DNA of 64,000 bases from Thermoproteota archaeon (lineage in GTDB: Archaea > Asgardarchaeota > Njordarchaeia > Njordarchaeales > Panguiarchaeaceae), in the NCBI GenBank assembly GCA_024720975.1, contig JANJXX010000002.1, forward strand, positions 136,046 through 200,045. The letters are read 5' to 3'. Numbering within the stretch: the stretch's first letter is position 1; every line of letters starts with the position of its first letter. Below, piece after piece: positions 42,178 to 51,508 of this stretch. Under the pieces are notes generated by a model, which saw only the letters and a list, made by a program, of their open reading frames with translations, searched no databases and was not told where the DNA came from. Made by a program: the position numbers and the translations under genes.

Positions 42178-42969
42178 TTACTTATTCCGGGGTTGAATTA
42201 CCATTTGTGCTACTAGTGAGAGAAAATCAATGCATTTTTCAATAGACTCAAGCAGAATAACTTCTACTCCATAAATGTCTTGTAAGATTTCGTGTATGTT
42301 CCTATACAAATCCTTGTTTATTCTGTTAGGTCTTGGTAAGAGGTAAGCTGGTAGTTCGCTTCTCAACACTAGGTATGTTAGGATGAAGCTTTTTTCAAGA
42401 CTTTCCGACGAGAAATTTGTATCTACTATTTTAGGTTTTAGGTTAATTACTTTTCTGATAGCTTGAGATGGAGTGCTTTTTGTCATAGACATTTCTTCTA
42501 AAACTAATTCTGAAAATCTCAGAAGCTGATTGTTTATTTTCACTAAGTAGTGTAGCTTATACGGGAGCACTTCCTTTAAGTACGAATTGATTGTCAGTGG
42601 AGATATTGTGTCCCTAGTTTTCAAGTAGCTAAAGAAATATTTGCAGAAATTCAAAAAATTATCGATACATGGATAAATTATGCTAGCCCTCACTTCTAAA
42701 TGCTCATATTTAACGTCCAGACTCCACAGGAAGGAAGTTCTATCAAATTCTAGCCAAACTTCGTAATCTTTGTGCTCGAAGTTAATAGCCTCGAAACTAT
42801 TGTAATTTTGATTTTCATCGTGCTTAACAATATCCTCAAAAAGAAGGGAAGCAAGAAGTGGCACAGAGGGATTTATAATCTCCCTTTTTGTAAAACTTTC
42901 TGACTGGACATCTATTACTCCTATTAGTGCTAGGAGGGGGCAAATATAATCTGGAACAGCCACCTTCAA
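42178..42969 (-). CDS. Hypothetical protein
   Basis: 263-aa ORF convergent on the tRNA cluster; no clear motif. Confidence 0.6.
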   Translation of the reverse strand: MKVAVPDYICPLLALIGVIDVQSESFTKREIINPSVPLLASLLFEDIVKHDENQNYNSFEAINFEHKDYEVWLEFDRTSFLWSLDVKYEHLEVRASIIYPCIDNFLNFCKYFFSYLKTRDTISPLTINSYLKEVLPYKLHYLVKINNQLLRFSELVLEEMSMTKSTPSQAIRKVINLKPKIVDTNFSSESLEKSFILTYLVLRSELPAYLLPRPNRINKDLYRNIHEILQDIYGVEVILLESIEKCIDFLSLVAQMVIQPRNK

Positions 42970-43047
42970 TGGCCCTCTTTGATGACCTCCTAAATATTTT
43001 GAATCTGCCTAGAAACTCTCTATCATTTTGGTTAAAATATTGCACTG

Positions 43048-43476
43048 GTGAGTTTTTTGCCAAGACGAAAAGGTAAGGAAGGATTAACTTGCAAAAACTG
43101 CGGTTCAAAATTTCGGTCTCAGAAAGAAGTGAAGATTATTAAAATCTGGCACACATTTTCGCCGTTTCCAGATAAAGATGGTAATATTGCAATTAATGTT
43201 TTTGCCACTTGGGAATGTCCGATATGTGGAGCACGAGGCAGAGACAAGATCAGCTCGATAAAAGGCGGCTTTGAGTATAAGGGAAAGAATTACACAGAGA
43301 TCCTTGCAAAGATCATATATGAGTTAAAAGAGACTACGGTAGAAGAACTTTCCAAAAGGCTTAATATGTCAGAGGAAACAATTTCTAAGGCGTTGAAATA
43401 TCTGATAGCTGAGGGGCAGATTAGAGCTAAGTTAGATGGGAAAAAAGTTATAGCTTCCTCTGGACAGGAGGCTTGA
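43048..43476 (+). CDS. Cren7-like zinc-ribbon domain fused to C-terminal winged helix (PCI-like)
   Basis: CKNCG...KIWHTFSPFPDKDGNIAINVFATWECPICG, then TVEELSKRLNMSEETISKALKYLIAEGQIRAKLD. Confidence 0.6.
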   Translation: MSFLPRRKGKEGLTCKNCGSKFRSQKEVKIIKIWHTFSPFPDKDGNIAINVFATWECPICGARGRDKISSIKGGFEYKGKNYTEILAKIIYELKETTVEELSKRLNMSEETISKALKYLIAEGQIRAKLDGKKVIASSGQEA

Positions 43477-45133
43477 TTTCGCCTTCCTCGCCTTCTTCTC
43501 CCTCTTTTCCTTTCTCCTTTTCTTTTTCTGGTTTTGGCTTACTGGCTATTATTTCATCAACTCTAAGAAGCGTTGTTGCAGTTTCGATAGCTGTTGTTAT
43601 GATGTTGGCCACTACACGGTAAGGATCCAGAAGTCCCTCTTTTCTTACATCAACAATCTTTCCATTGATAGCATCGAAGCCCCACTTGCCTGGTTCCTCT
43701 AATGTTTTTGCCCGCAGCTTGCCCAGAGTTTCAATGACGTCTTCTCCAGAATTTTCGATGATAGCCTTTGGTATTGATTCTAAGGCTTCAACAAATGCTC
43801 TAGCAACTTCTTTCTCTTTACCAGAAAGTTCTTCAGTTTTGTCTACCCAGTCTTGCAATTTAGTTGCTAATGTCATTATTGTGGCACCTGCTCCGCCAAC
43901 AACTTTCTTATCTTCAAGTACATCCTTGAGTACATTTATAGCATCTTGGAGCGCTCTTTCCGCTTCATCTGTAATGTGTTTACTTGCTCCTCTAACTATA
44001 ATCGTAGTTGCTCCAGGGTACGCAGGTTCTTCAATGAAGACCATATGATCCTCTCCAACTTTCTTTTCATAGACTATTCCTGCCTTGCCGATGTCCTCTT
44101 CCTTAATATCCTCAATATTGCTGACAATTTTTGCCCCCGTAGCTCTACTTATCAAACGCATATCCTTTCTTCTTACTCGCCTTACAGCCATGATTCCATG
44201 TCTAGCTAGAATGTCTTGGGCAGCTTCGCTTATACCTCTCTGACAGAAAAGTACATCGACCTTAAGGTCTATAAGCTTCTGTATCATCTGGTGTATCATT
44301 GCTTTCTCTTTGTTTCTTAACTCTTCTAGAGCTTCCACACTTTCGACTGTTATATTACTGGTAACATCTGCTTTTTCAATCTCTATGTTCTGATCAACAA
44401 GAGCAATTCTCGCATTCCTCTTTATTTTCGGCATTTCAGGGTGAACAATTTTCTTATCGATAGCCACACCTTTGACAAGTATAGTGTCACGCAGAGTTTT
44501 TCCCTCTTTTTGTATTATGTTAATGAGCTCGGGATCCAGGTAGTTTCTTTCAGGATCATATGCTGTCATAGCTGCCTCATAGGCCAGTTCAGCGAAGAAT
44601 CTTCTCTCTGTCTCCGGAAGTTTGGAGTTAAGAGCACTTATTGCGGTGTTAATTAGCACTTCTTTGTCTTTTTCTATGTCAACAGTGTAAACCAATTCGT
44701 CGAGAAACTCGAGAAGTTTCTGGCGTATCTTTTTAAGTGCATTTGTTATGATAATCGGGTGAATGCCACGTTCAACAAGCTTGTCAGCTCTAGCTAAGAA
44801 CTCTCCTGTTAATACCACAACACTGGTCGTTCCATCACCAGCAGTGTAATCTTGTGATTTGGCAGCTTGTACAATCAACTTTGCTGCGGGATGTGCAACA
44901 TCAAGCTCGTCTACTATCGTTGCGCCGTCATTAGTAATAACTATGTCACCTATAGAATCAACGAGGAGTTTGTTCATACCGCGCGGACCCAGAGTAGTTC
45001 GTACGATATCTGCCAATGTTAATGCAGCTGTGACATTGTTGTGCAATACTTGCTTACCTCTTTCACGTGTGGTGTCCTCTTTAAGAACCAACACAGGAAT
45101 GGCACCGGCTGTAGGAGCTGCCATGGAGCTCAC
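43448..45133 (-). CDS. ths: Thermosome (group II chaperonin) subunit
   Basis: TLGPRGM.K, ITNDGATI, GDGTTS, EAERALQDA, IENSG, LLRVDEII. Confidence 0.96.
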   Translation of the reverse strand: MSSMAAPTAGAIPVLVLKEDTTRERGKQVLHNNVTAALTLADIVRTTLGPRGMNKLLVDSIGDIVITNDGATIVDELDVAHPAAKLIVQAAKSQDYTAGDGTTSVVVLTGEFLARADKLVERGIHPIIITNALKKIRQKLLEFLDELVYTVDIEKDKEVLINTAISALNSKLPETERRFFAELAYEAAMTAYDPERNYLDPELINIIQKEGKTLRDTILVKGVAIDKKIVHPEMPKIKRNARIALVDQNIEIEKADVTSNITVESVEALEELRNKEKAMIHQMIQKLIDLKVDVLFCQRGISEAAQDILARHGIMAVRRVRRKDMRLISRATGAKIVSNIEDIKEEDIGKAGIVYEKKVGEDHMVFIEEPAYPGATTIIVRGASKHITDEAERALQDAINVLKDVLEDKKVVGGAGATIMTLATKLQDWVDKTEELSGKEKEVARAFVEALESIPKAIIENSGEDVIETLGKLRAKTLEEPGKWGFDAINGKIVDVRKEGLLDPYRVVANIITTAIETATTLLRVDEIIASKPKPEKEKEKGKEGEEGEEGEIKPPVQRKL

Positions 45134-45385
45134 CTCGTGATAGTATATTATATATCTAGCTATTCCAGCAAAGTTATCACTGTTTTTCGTGATTTTTAAA
45201 CTGATCTATTTATGAACGTCGGGAGAATGACTAGGTCTTCTAAGTAGCGATTAGCTATGTACCAGGCAGCTAAGATTATATCGCCTGAGAATTAATCCTT
45301 TCTTAATGGAGTGAAACACTAGATCATATAAAGGCGACAAGATTGAGATTTACTTTCCTTTTTGAGGAAGGGAGGATGTGCATAC

Positions 45386-45479
45386 TGGCGCCGGGGGGCG
45401 GACTCGAACCGCCGACCTCCCGGTGTCTACTCGATTGCATCACTAACAGCCGGACGCTCTACCACTGAGCTACCCCGGC
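45386..45479 (-). tRNA. tRNA-Asn(GTT) with 19-nt intron at 37/38 (45425-45443), CCA encoded
   Basis: GCCGGGG acceptor; TCCGG-CTGTTA[intron]A-CCGGG; BHB central helix CTGT/GTAG. Confidence 0.92.
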
Positions 45480-45717
45480 TCATTTTAGTTAGTTGCTCTT
45501 CTTGCATTTGTTAGCGTAGCTGCAGAAAATACCTACTAATAAATTTCTGCTTTAAAAAAACTTAGAAATAAATCACTGCCGAGGATTTATTTTCTTTTCC
45601 TTGTTGTTTATCACATCGTAGGTGCATGCAATTTAATTCATCAAGCTTATTTTGCTTTTGCTTTAAATTTGGACATTGTCGTAAAATTTTGCCAAGCAGG
45701 ACCTTAGGGTTTTTAAA

Positions 45718-46485
45718 ATGCTGATGAAAGAAGAAACGAGCAAAATAAAAGTCCGTGGAACATCAACAAAGGCCAGAGTCCTAAAGCAGTTGATGATGAA
45801 GTTTTTGCTCAACGAATGGCTCAAAAAGAAGCTTTCTGAGGAAGCGCCCCTTGCCGGATTTGTCTCTGCTGATGTGCAAGTCGGTCCAATTGGATATAAG
45901 ATCGTAATAGAGTGCAAGAATCCACGTGTTCTAGTAGCCAGAAGGGGTATAAGAAAACGAAAGCTAATTGAGGATATCAAAGAGGCCTTCGGAATAGAGG
46001 TCGCTAGACTAGATGTAGTGCAATTGAAAACACCTCCTGAGCTTAATGCACAAATAGTTGCGGAAGCAATCGCAAGAGCTATTGAGAGAGGAGCAAACCC
46101 GCGAAGAGTAGCATACTTCTATATCCAACAAGCCTTGGAGAAAGGAGCTCTAGGCGTAGAAATTAGAGTACAGGGAAGGCTCCGAAGAAAAAGATCTCAG
46201 AAAATGCGTTTCGCATCGGGAAAAATCCTGTATACGGGTGATATAGCAGAAAAGTTCGTATCAAAAGGATACGCACGATTTCAACTGAGAACTGGCACCG
46301 TTGGCGTGCAAGTCAGGATTGTGCTTCCAGAATCTCTTGAAAATCTTGTAGACAATATCAAAATAGCTCACCCAGAGGTAAGTAAGGATATAGTTCAAGA
46401 GCTAGAGGAAACAATAAGAGCTAACTATGAAGAAGTACTCGCAAAAGTGGGTGAGAAAGCAGCCGGTGAAGGCGAGTCAAATTGA
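45718..46485 (+). CDS. rps3: 30S ribosomal protein uS3
   Basis: KH domain, PELNAQIVAE, GALGVEIRVQGRL, GTVGVQVRI. Confidence 0.93.
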   Translation: MLMKEETSKIKVRGTSTKARVLKQLMMKFLLNEWLKKKLSEEAPLAGFVSADVQVGPIGYKIVIECKNPRVLVARRGIRKRKLIEDIKEAFGIEVARLDVVQLKTPPELNAQIVAEAIARAIERGANPRRVAYFYIQQALEKGALGVEIRVQGRLRRKRSQKMRFASGKILYTGDIAEKFVSKGYARFQLRTGTVGVQVRIVLPESLENLVDNIKIAHPEVSKDIVQELEETIRANYEEVLAKVGEKAAGEGESN

Positions 46486-46676
46486 GGGCAAGAGAAATCC
46501 GAAAAATGACAAGAGAAGAGAGATTTAAGCAATTAAAGGCGCTCAGAATTAAATTAGTAACGCTTAAAACGCGGCTCAAGCGAGGGGGGGTCTCTAACAC
46601 ATCAGAACTAAGAAATGTAAAAAGGGATATAGCTAGAATTCTTACAGTCATGAGAGAACTCGGTGAAGTGCAATAG
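46482..46676 (+). CDS. rpl29: 50S ribosomal protein uL29
   Basis: REIRKMT.EER...LRNVKRDIARILTV. Confidence 0.94.
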   Translation: MRAREIRKMTREERFKQLKALRIKLVTLKTRLKRGGVSNTSELRNVKRDIARILTVMRELGEVQ

Positions 46677-46951
46677 TAAAAAGATATCCCAAGAGAAGTT
46701 TTTTACCATTCATAGGCTGTGAACTAAAAGTTCTGGCATCAAAAAATGCCTCACTAGAGGGCATTACTGGGAATATCCTGGTGGAGACCAGAAATACCTT
46801 CATAATAGCATCGAGTGGAAAAATAAAAGTCATTCCTAAAAAAGGTTCGACGTTTTTGATTAAGATGGGGAATTCGAGTTTAGTAGTAACGGGAGATTTT
46901 CTACAGTCACGATACACAAAGCTGCGCAAACTGCACAGGAAGTATTATTAG
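46673..46951 (+). CDS. rnp1: RNase P protein component 1 (Rpp29/Pop4); absent from the ORF track, probable ATA start
   Basis: Manual translation IVKRYPKRSFLPFIGCELKVLASKNASLEGITGNILVETRNTFIIASSGKIKVIPKKGSTF... (92 aa); conserved position after rpl29. Confidence 0.88.
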   Translation: MVKRYPKRSFLPFIGCELKVLASKNASLEGITGNILVETRNTFIIASSGKIKVIPKKGSTFLIKMGNSSLVVTGDFLQSRYTKLRKLHRKYY

Positions 46952-46956
46952 GTTAG

Positions 46957-48174
46957 GTGTTATCTTTGATACGTATTGGCCTCCTTGGAAAACCCAATTC
47001 AGGGAAATCAACATTCTTCTCAGCAGCGACAGGGAGAGATGTAAAGATAGCTGACTATCCTTTTACCACGATAAATCCAAACGTAGGTATAGCATATGCA
47101 TCCATTGACTGTGTCTGCAAGGAATTCGGCGTCAAGGACACGCCTCGAAATTCAGTATGTATCAATGGCATACGTTTCATTCCAGTAGAATTATGGGACG
47201 TTGCTGGACTGGTTCCAGGGGCATGGCAGGGGAGGGGTCTTGGGAACCAGTTTTTGGATGACCTTAGACAAGCCGATGTATTGATTCATGTTGTTGATGC
47301 TTCTGGAAGGTATGATGCTGAGGGCAAAGATCTAGGAAGACCAGGTATACATGATCCCATAGAAGATATAAGATTCCTCGAACAGGAAATACAAAGATGG
47401 TTTTGGCAGATCCTTAAAAGAAACTGGGATAAATTTGCACGGAAAGTTGAAGTTGAGAAGAAAGACCTGGCGTCAAGTTTAGCAACATTACTATCAGGTC
47501 TAAACATAAGCAAAGAGCATGTGGAGAAAGCTATACAGTTATTATCCCTCAATGCCGAAAAACCCTCAACATGGTCAGATGATGATTTATTAAAATTCGC
47601 TGGTGTGTTGCGGGAAGTGTCGAAACCGATAGTTATTGTCGCCAATAAATTAGATGTCCCTGCATCAGAGGAAAATCTTAAAAGATTGCAGGAGTTAAAT
47701 ATAGACGTAGTGCCGGCTTCAGCTTTAGCTGAGTTAATTTTAGTCAAGCTATCTGAGAGGGGTGTAATAAAGTACATTAGAGGGGGTTCATCTTTTGAAG
47801 TAGTAAACCCAAATCAGATTTCGGACAGAGAAAGGAAACTATTAGAGAAGATACAAGAATTCCTAGATAAATGGGGCTCTACAGGAATCCAAAAGGCGAT
47901 GAACCATGCAGTCTTTAATGTAAAGAAGATGATAGCAGTTTATCCAGTCGAAGACGAAAATAAGCTAACTGATAGGAAAGGTAATATACTACCCGACGTC
48001 TTTCTGGTACCAAAAGGAACAACAGCATTGAATCTCGCAGAGAAAATACATAGTGACTTAGCTAAGAACTTTATCTATGCGCTTGATGTCAGAACTAAAA
48101 CCAAGTTGCCAGCAGACTACGAACTCAAACACAGGGATGTTATTAAGATTTACGCAGCAGCAAAGAAGAAATAG
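46957..48174 (+). CDS. ychF: YchF/OLA1-family (Obg-like) NTPase
   Basis: GKPNSGKST, YPFTTINPNVG, DVAGLVPGA..GRGLGNQFL, NKLD, C-terminal TGS domain. Confidence 0.93.
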   Translation: MLSLIRIGLLGKPNSGKSTFFSAATGRDVKIADYPFTTINPNVGIAYASIDCVCKEFGVKDTPRNSVCINGIRFIPVELWDVAGLVPGAWQGRGLGNQFLDDLRQADVLIHVVDASGRYDAEGKDLGRPGIHDPIEDIRFLEQEIQRWFWQILKRNWDKFARKVEVEKKDLASSLATLLSGLNISKEHVEKAIQLLSLNAEKPSTWSDDDLLKFAGVLREVSKPIVIVANKLDVPASEENLKRLQELNIDVVPASALAELILVKLSERGVIKYIRGGSSFEVVNPNQISDRERKLLEKIQEFLDKWGSTGIQKAMNHAVFNVKKMIAVYPVEDENKLTDRKGNILPDVFLVPKGTTALNLAEKIHSDLAKNFIYALDVRTKTKLPADYELKHRDVIKIYAAAKKK

Positions 48175-48271
48175 CATGACAAGCCTTATCCTATGGTCAT
48201 TGGAAGAAAAGTTTAAAAGTCAGCAAACTAGAGATACAGTTAGATTATAGTTAGACTGCGTATGGTAGAGG

Positions 48272-48365
48272 GCCGGGGTTCACGAGTTGGAACGTGGCGT
48301 GCCTGGAGACATGTCGGAAAGCACGTGGCGTTTGCGCCTCGCGGGTTCGAGTCCCGCCCCCGGCA
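48272..48365 (+). tRNA. tRNA-Ser(GGA) with 11-nt intron at 37/38 (48309-48319)
   Basis: GCCGGGG/CCCCGGC; CGTGC-CTGGAG[ACATGTCGGAA]A-GCACG; long variable arm. Confidence 0.88.
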
Positions 48366-48689
48366 TATTTCTGCATCCCTTGATCTTAAATACACAACCT
48401 CTGATGATATGATGATATAAATGTAGTTTCTTCGTTCTGAGCTAATGGTAGCACTTACTACATCTTGTTGCAATTCTTATTGCAATCTGATAGCTTAATC
48501 TTTCAAATTTTAACTCTATCGGCTTACTGTAGCAGTTCAATTTTCTAGGGAAAAGCCTCTGTCTTAACCTTCCGCTAGACTTTCAGGTTCATGATAAAGT
48601 GTTTGCCTTATTAAGAATCTGGCTGGTTTATTAGTAGTAAATGAAAATCGTTGCTACCTCTAGGGATTGCATCTTAGGGGGCGCAAATA

Positions 48690-50702
48690 TTGGTCTTAGA
48701 AGAGTTCAGAGACATTAGGTTGTCATCCCTCGATGTCGCAAAGCTGGTAAAAGATTACAAGGATTTGCTTCTGAGTGCATTCGTTGCTAATGTATATCAA
48801 GCTGCCGATGTCTTTTGTTTAAAGTTGCATAATGTTCCTGGAAAAAGGTTTTTACTGTTGCATCCTCAGTATAGATTCAATCTTACTAATAAAGTTCTAG
48901 AGTGGCGAATAACGCCACTTGTTAGTGTTCTTCGTAAGCATCTCAGGAACAAAAGAATACGATCGTTGAGTCAATACTTTTTCGATAGAGTCATAAAGAT
49001 AGAGTTTGACGAAGGCTTAGAGTTAGTTTGTGAAATGATTCCAAGGGGAGTTTTGGTCCTCCTTAAAGATGGTGTAATTCTGGCGGCATCGCAATACGCA
49101 AAGATGAAAGATAGGGAGATTCAAATTGGAGTATATTACAAATATCCTCCAGAACCACCTAGTAACCCCGCAGAGGTCCCGGTAGATGAATTAAATAAGC
49201 GGTTCATGGAGCAGTTACCTTTGCTGAAGAACCTTATGAAGCTAGGTATAGGACCTAAATATGCGCTTGAACTATGCAAGAGATTGGGGCTAGACTGTAC
49301 GAAAGCACTTCAAGATTTCCATCAGATTCCTGAGATTAAGGAAAGATTAACGGAGTTATTCTTGGAAATTCTCAACTCGAAGAAGGGCTTTGTATACTTG
49401 AAAGAGGAAACTCCAGTTTTCTTCTCGCCCATTCCTCTAAGCTTTACAGAGGGTTACAAAGTTCTTGAATTTGATGCCTTTGATGAAGCTATTGACTTCT
49501 ACTTTAGTCATGACATAATCAGACGGGCAATAGAAGAAGCATATGGGAAAGTCTATGAGAAAAGAAAAAAACTTCAGCACATAATTAAGTATCAGAAGGA
49601 AGCAATTTCTAAGCTCGAAGCGAAGATCAATAAACTTAAAGAGGTTATAGAAACAGTGTACGAAAACTATTTACTTGTTGACTCAACTCTTCAGGCAATA
49701 CAAAAAGCTAAAGACTTAGATCACTTAGACTGGGATGAAATTCGTGATAGGATCGCACGCGGAAAGGCTATTGGAATAAAACCAGCAATGATTATCGAGG
49801 ATATCCAGAATGACGGAACAGTGATATTTAAAATAGATAGGATTTCTTTTTCCGCAAACTATAGAGATACTGTTAATAGCCTTACCAGTAAGCTTTACCA
49901 GCGAATAAAAAAGCTTGAGGAAAAGCTAATGGGGGCTAAGGAAGCGCTCGAAAAATCCATGCTTGAGCTCCAAAATTTAGATATGGAGTTAAAAGGAATA
50001 GAATCTAAGGCGGCGTGCGTAATACAAGAGCCAAAATATGAATGGTATCACGGCTTTAGGTGGTTTAGAACCTCAAAAAATGCTCTTTTGGTAATTGCTG
50101 GAAAGGATGCACAGACAAATGAGACGTTACTTAAGAAGTACCGAGAAGAAAATGACTTGATACTACATGCAGAAGTTCCAGGAGGTGCTGTAGTACTGGT
50201 GAAAGAGGGAAAGAACCGCGCTGCTAAAGAAGACCTGGAAGAAGCAGCAATATACGCGGCTTCATACTCTAAGGCTTGGAGGGAAGGACTTGCAGCTGTA
50301 GATGTGTTTTATACGTCGGCAGACCTTATAAGTCTAACTCCTCCATCTGGAACATACCTGAAGAAGGGTTCATTTATCGTTCTCAAGAAGGAAATAATTA
50401 AGAATGTTAAGTTAGAGCTTGCAATAGGCATAAAGCTAATTAAGAGTAGAGATATCATATCAATATCAGTGCAGTCCTCCCCATTATCAGCTGCTACGTC
50501 CCTCGATTGCTACTGTATAATCAGACCCGGAAAATTAGACAAGAGTGCTGTAGTCAGGTCTATCCATAAATATCTCGTAAACAGAATTGTCAAAGAAACA
50601 CCATACTGTGATGAACGAAAAATCTCCAAAGTTGTAAAGATCGAAAAAATATCGGAACTAGTACCAGGATCATCCGAAATTGAGTTTCCGCAGCAACGCT
50701 AA
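48690..50702 (+). CDS. rqcH: Ribosome quality control protein Rqc2/RqcH (NEMF family)
   Basis: LRKHL..., FDRVI, coiled coil, WYHGFRWF, AGKDAQTNE, HAEVPG, YSKAW, PPSGTYLKKGSF. Confidence 0.92.
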   Translation: MVLEEFRDIRLSSLDVAKLVKDYKDLLLSAFVANVYQAADVFCLKLHNVPGKRFLLLHPQYRFNLTNKVLEWRITPLVSVLRKHLRNKRIRSLSQYFFDRVIKIEFDEGLELVCEMIPRGVLVLLKDGVILAASQYAKMKDREIQIGVYYKYPPEPPSNPAEVPVDELNKRFMEQLPLLKNLMKLGIGPKYALELCKRLGLDCTKALQDFHQIPEIKERLTELFLEILNSKKGFVYLKEETPVFFSPIPLSFTEGYKVLEFDAFDEAIDFYFSHDIIRRAIEEAYGKVYEKRKKLQHIIKYQKEAISKLEAKINKLKEVIETVYENYLLVDSTLQAIQKAKDLDHLDWDEIRDRIARGKAIGIKPAMIIEDIQNDGTVIFKIDRISFSANYRDTVNSLTSKLYQRIKKLEEKLMGAKEALEKSMLELQNLDMELKGIESKAACVIQEPKYEWYHGFRWFRTSKNALLVIAGKDAQTNETLLKKYREENDLILHAEVPGGAVVLVKEGKNRAAKEDLEEAAIYAASYSKAWREGLAAVDVFYTSADLISLTPPSGTYLKKGSFIVLKKEIIKNVKLELAIGIKLIKSRDIISISVQSSPLSAATSLDCYCIIRPGKLDKSAVVRSIHKYLVNRIVKETPYCDERKISKVVKIEKISELVPGSSEIEFPQQR

Positions 50703-50929
50703 TACCTTAACTATCAGTCTATAGTCAAACTCCGTCGTACTTTTAAGAGGATAGAACTAGCTCGTCTTCCATGTATGGTAATCTGACCTATCAAACTAGT
50801 GTTTTAAAGGCTAGACGCTAGATCAAACAAGGCATATAGACTTTTTTAAGTAGCAAGTAGTTTATTAGTTTTTATTATGGTGGGTTTAAGGTACGTGGTG
50901 GCCATTCTTAACTATAATTACTAACTAAC

Positions 50930-51002
50930 GGAGCCGGTAGCGCAGCGGTAGCGCGCGGGACTGTGGATCCCGAAGTCGCGGGTTCAAATCCCGCCCGGCT
51001 CC
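50930..51002 (+). tRNA. tRNA-His(GTG) with encoded G-1
   Basis: G-GAGCCGG/CCGGCTC-C; CGGGA-CTGTGGA-TCCCG. Confidence 0.95.
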
Positions 51003-51150
51003 CCTCAACTGATTCTCCAAAGTACAAGCTAAAAATTCACGAAAGTCTTAGCCCTAATTGTAGTCCATTAAAAAAGGCATATTCTACCCCTTCAGTTGTG
51101 TTAATCAGAATGCTTTAGTGGCAATTCTGCCATTTGGTGAATTAACCTGA

Positions 51151-51459
51151 GTGGTTCTAATGAGTAGTCCTGATAAGAAAGCTTTTGGTATGGCTCCTTT
51201 GACAGCGCTGTTCTCTCTAAAAGTATTGCTTGGGGTTGCTTTAGGGTTATTTCTGGGATTAATTGGCTATCTACCGAATAGTCCTGTTGAAAGTTTAATA
51301 GTGTTAATAAGCCTTTTTGGGATCCCAGTGTACTTAGCCTTATTCTTCAAATTAAAGTACAACGTTAGAGAGAGCTTAATTAAACTTATTTTACTCTACG
51401 GAACTTTAGGTTACTTTGCGTGCGTTCTCTCATTTTGGGCTCTTGTTTTAAATTTGTGA
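51151..51459 (+). CDS. Small 3-TM protein, EMC6/Rab5ip-like
   Basis: KVLLGVALGLFLGLIG TM1 and C-terminal GTLGYF...FWALVLNL resemble EMC6-family patterns. Confidence 0.5.
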   Translation: MVLMSSPDKKAFGMAPLTALFSLKVLLGVALGLFLGLIGYLPNSPVESLIVLISLFGIPVYLALFFKLKYNVRESLIKLILLYGTLGYFACVLSFWALVLNL

Positions 51460-51508
51460 ATTTGTTGAAAGAAACAAATTAACACACGGCGTTTGCATGG
51501 TGTGCTAG

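Noticed and set aside
42048-42245. 65-aa ORF
   Set aside because: Overlaps tRNA-Leu(CAA)
46648-46929. 93-aa minus-strand ORF
   Set aside because: Shadow of the real Rpp29 gene on the + strand
48240-48473. 77-aa ORF
   Set aside because: Antisense to tRNA-Ser
48401-48490. C/D box sRNA candidate (ATGATGA ... CTGA)
   Set aside because: Guide spacing too long, no clear C'/D' pair, AT-rich
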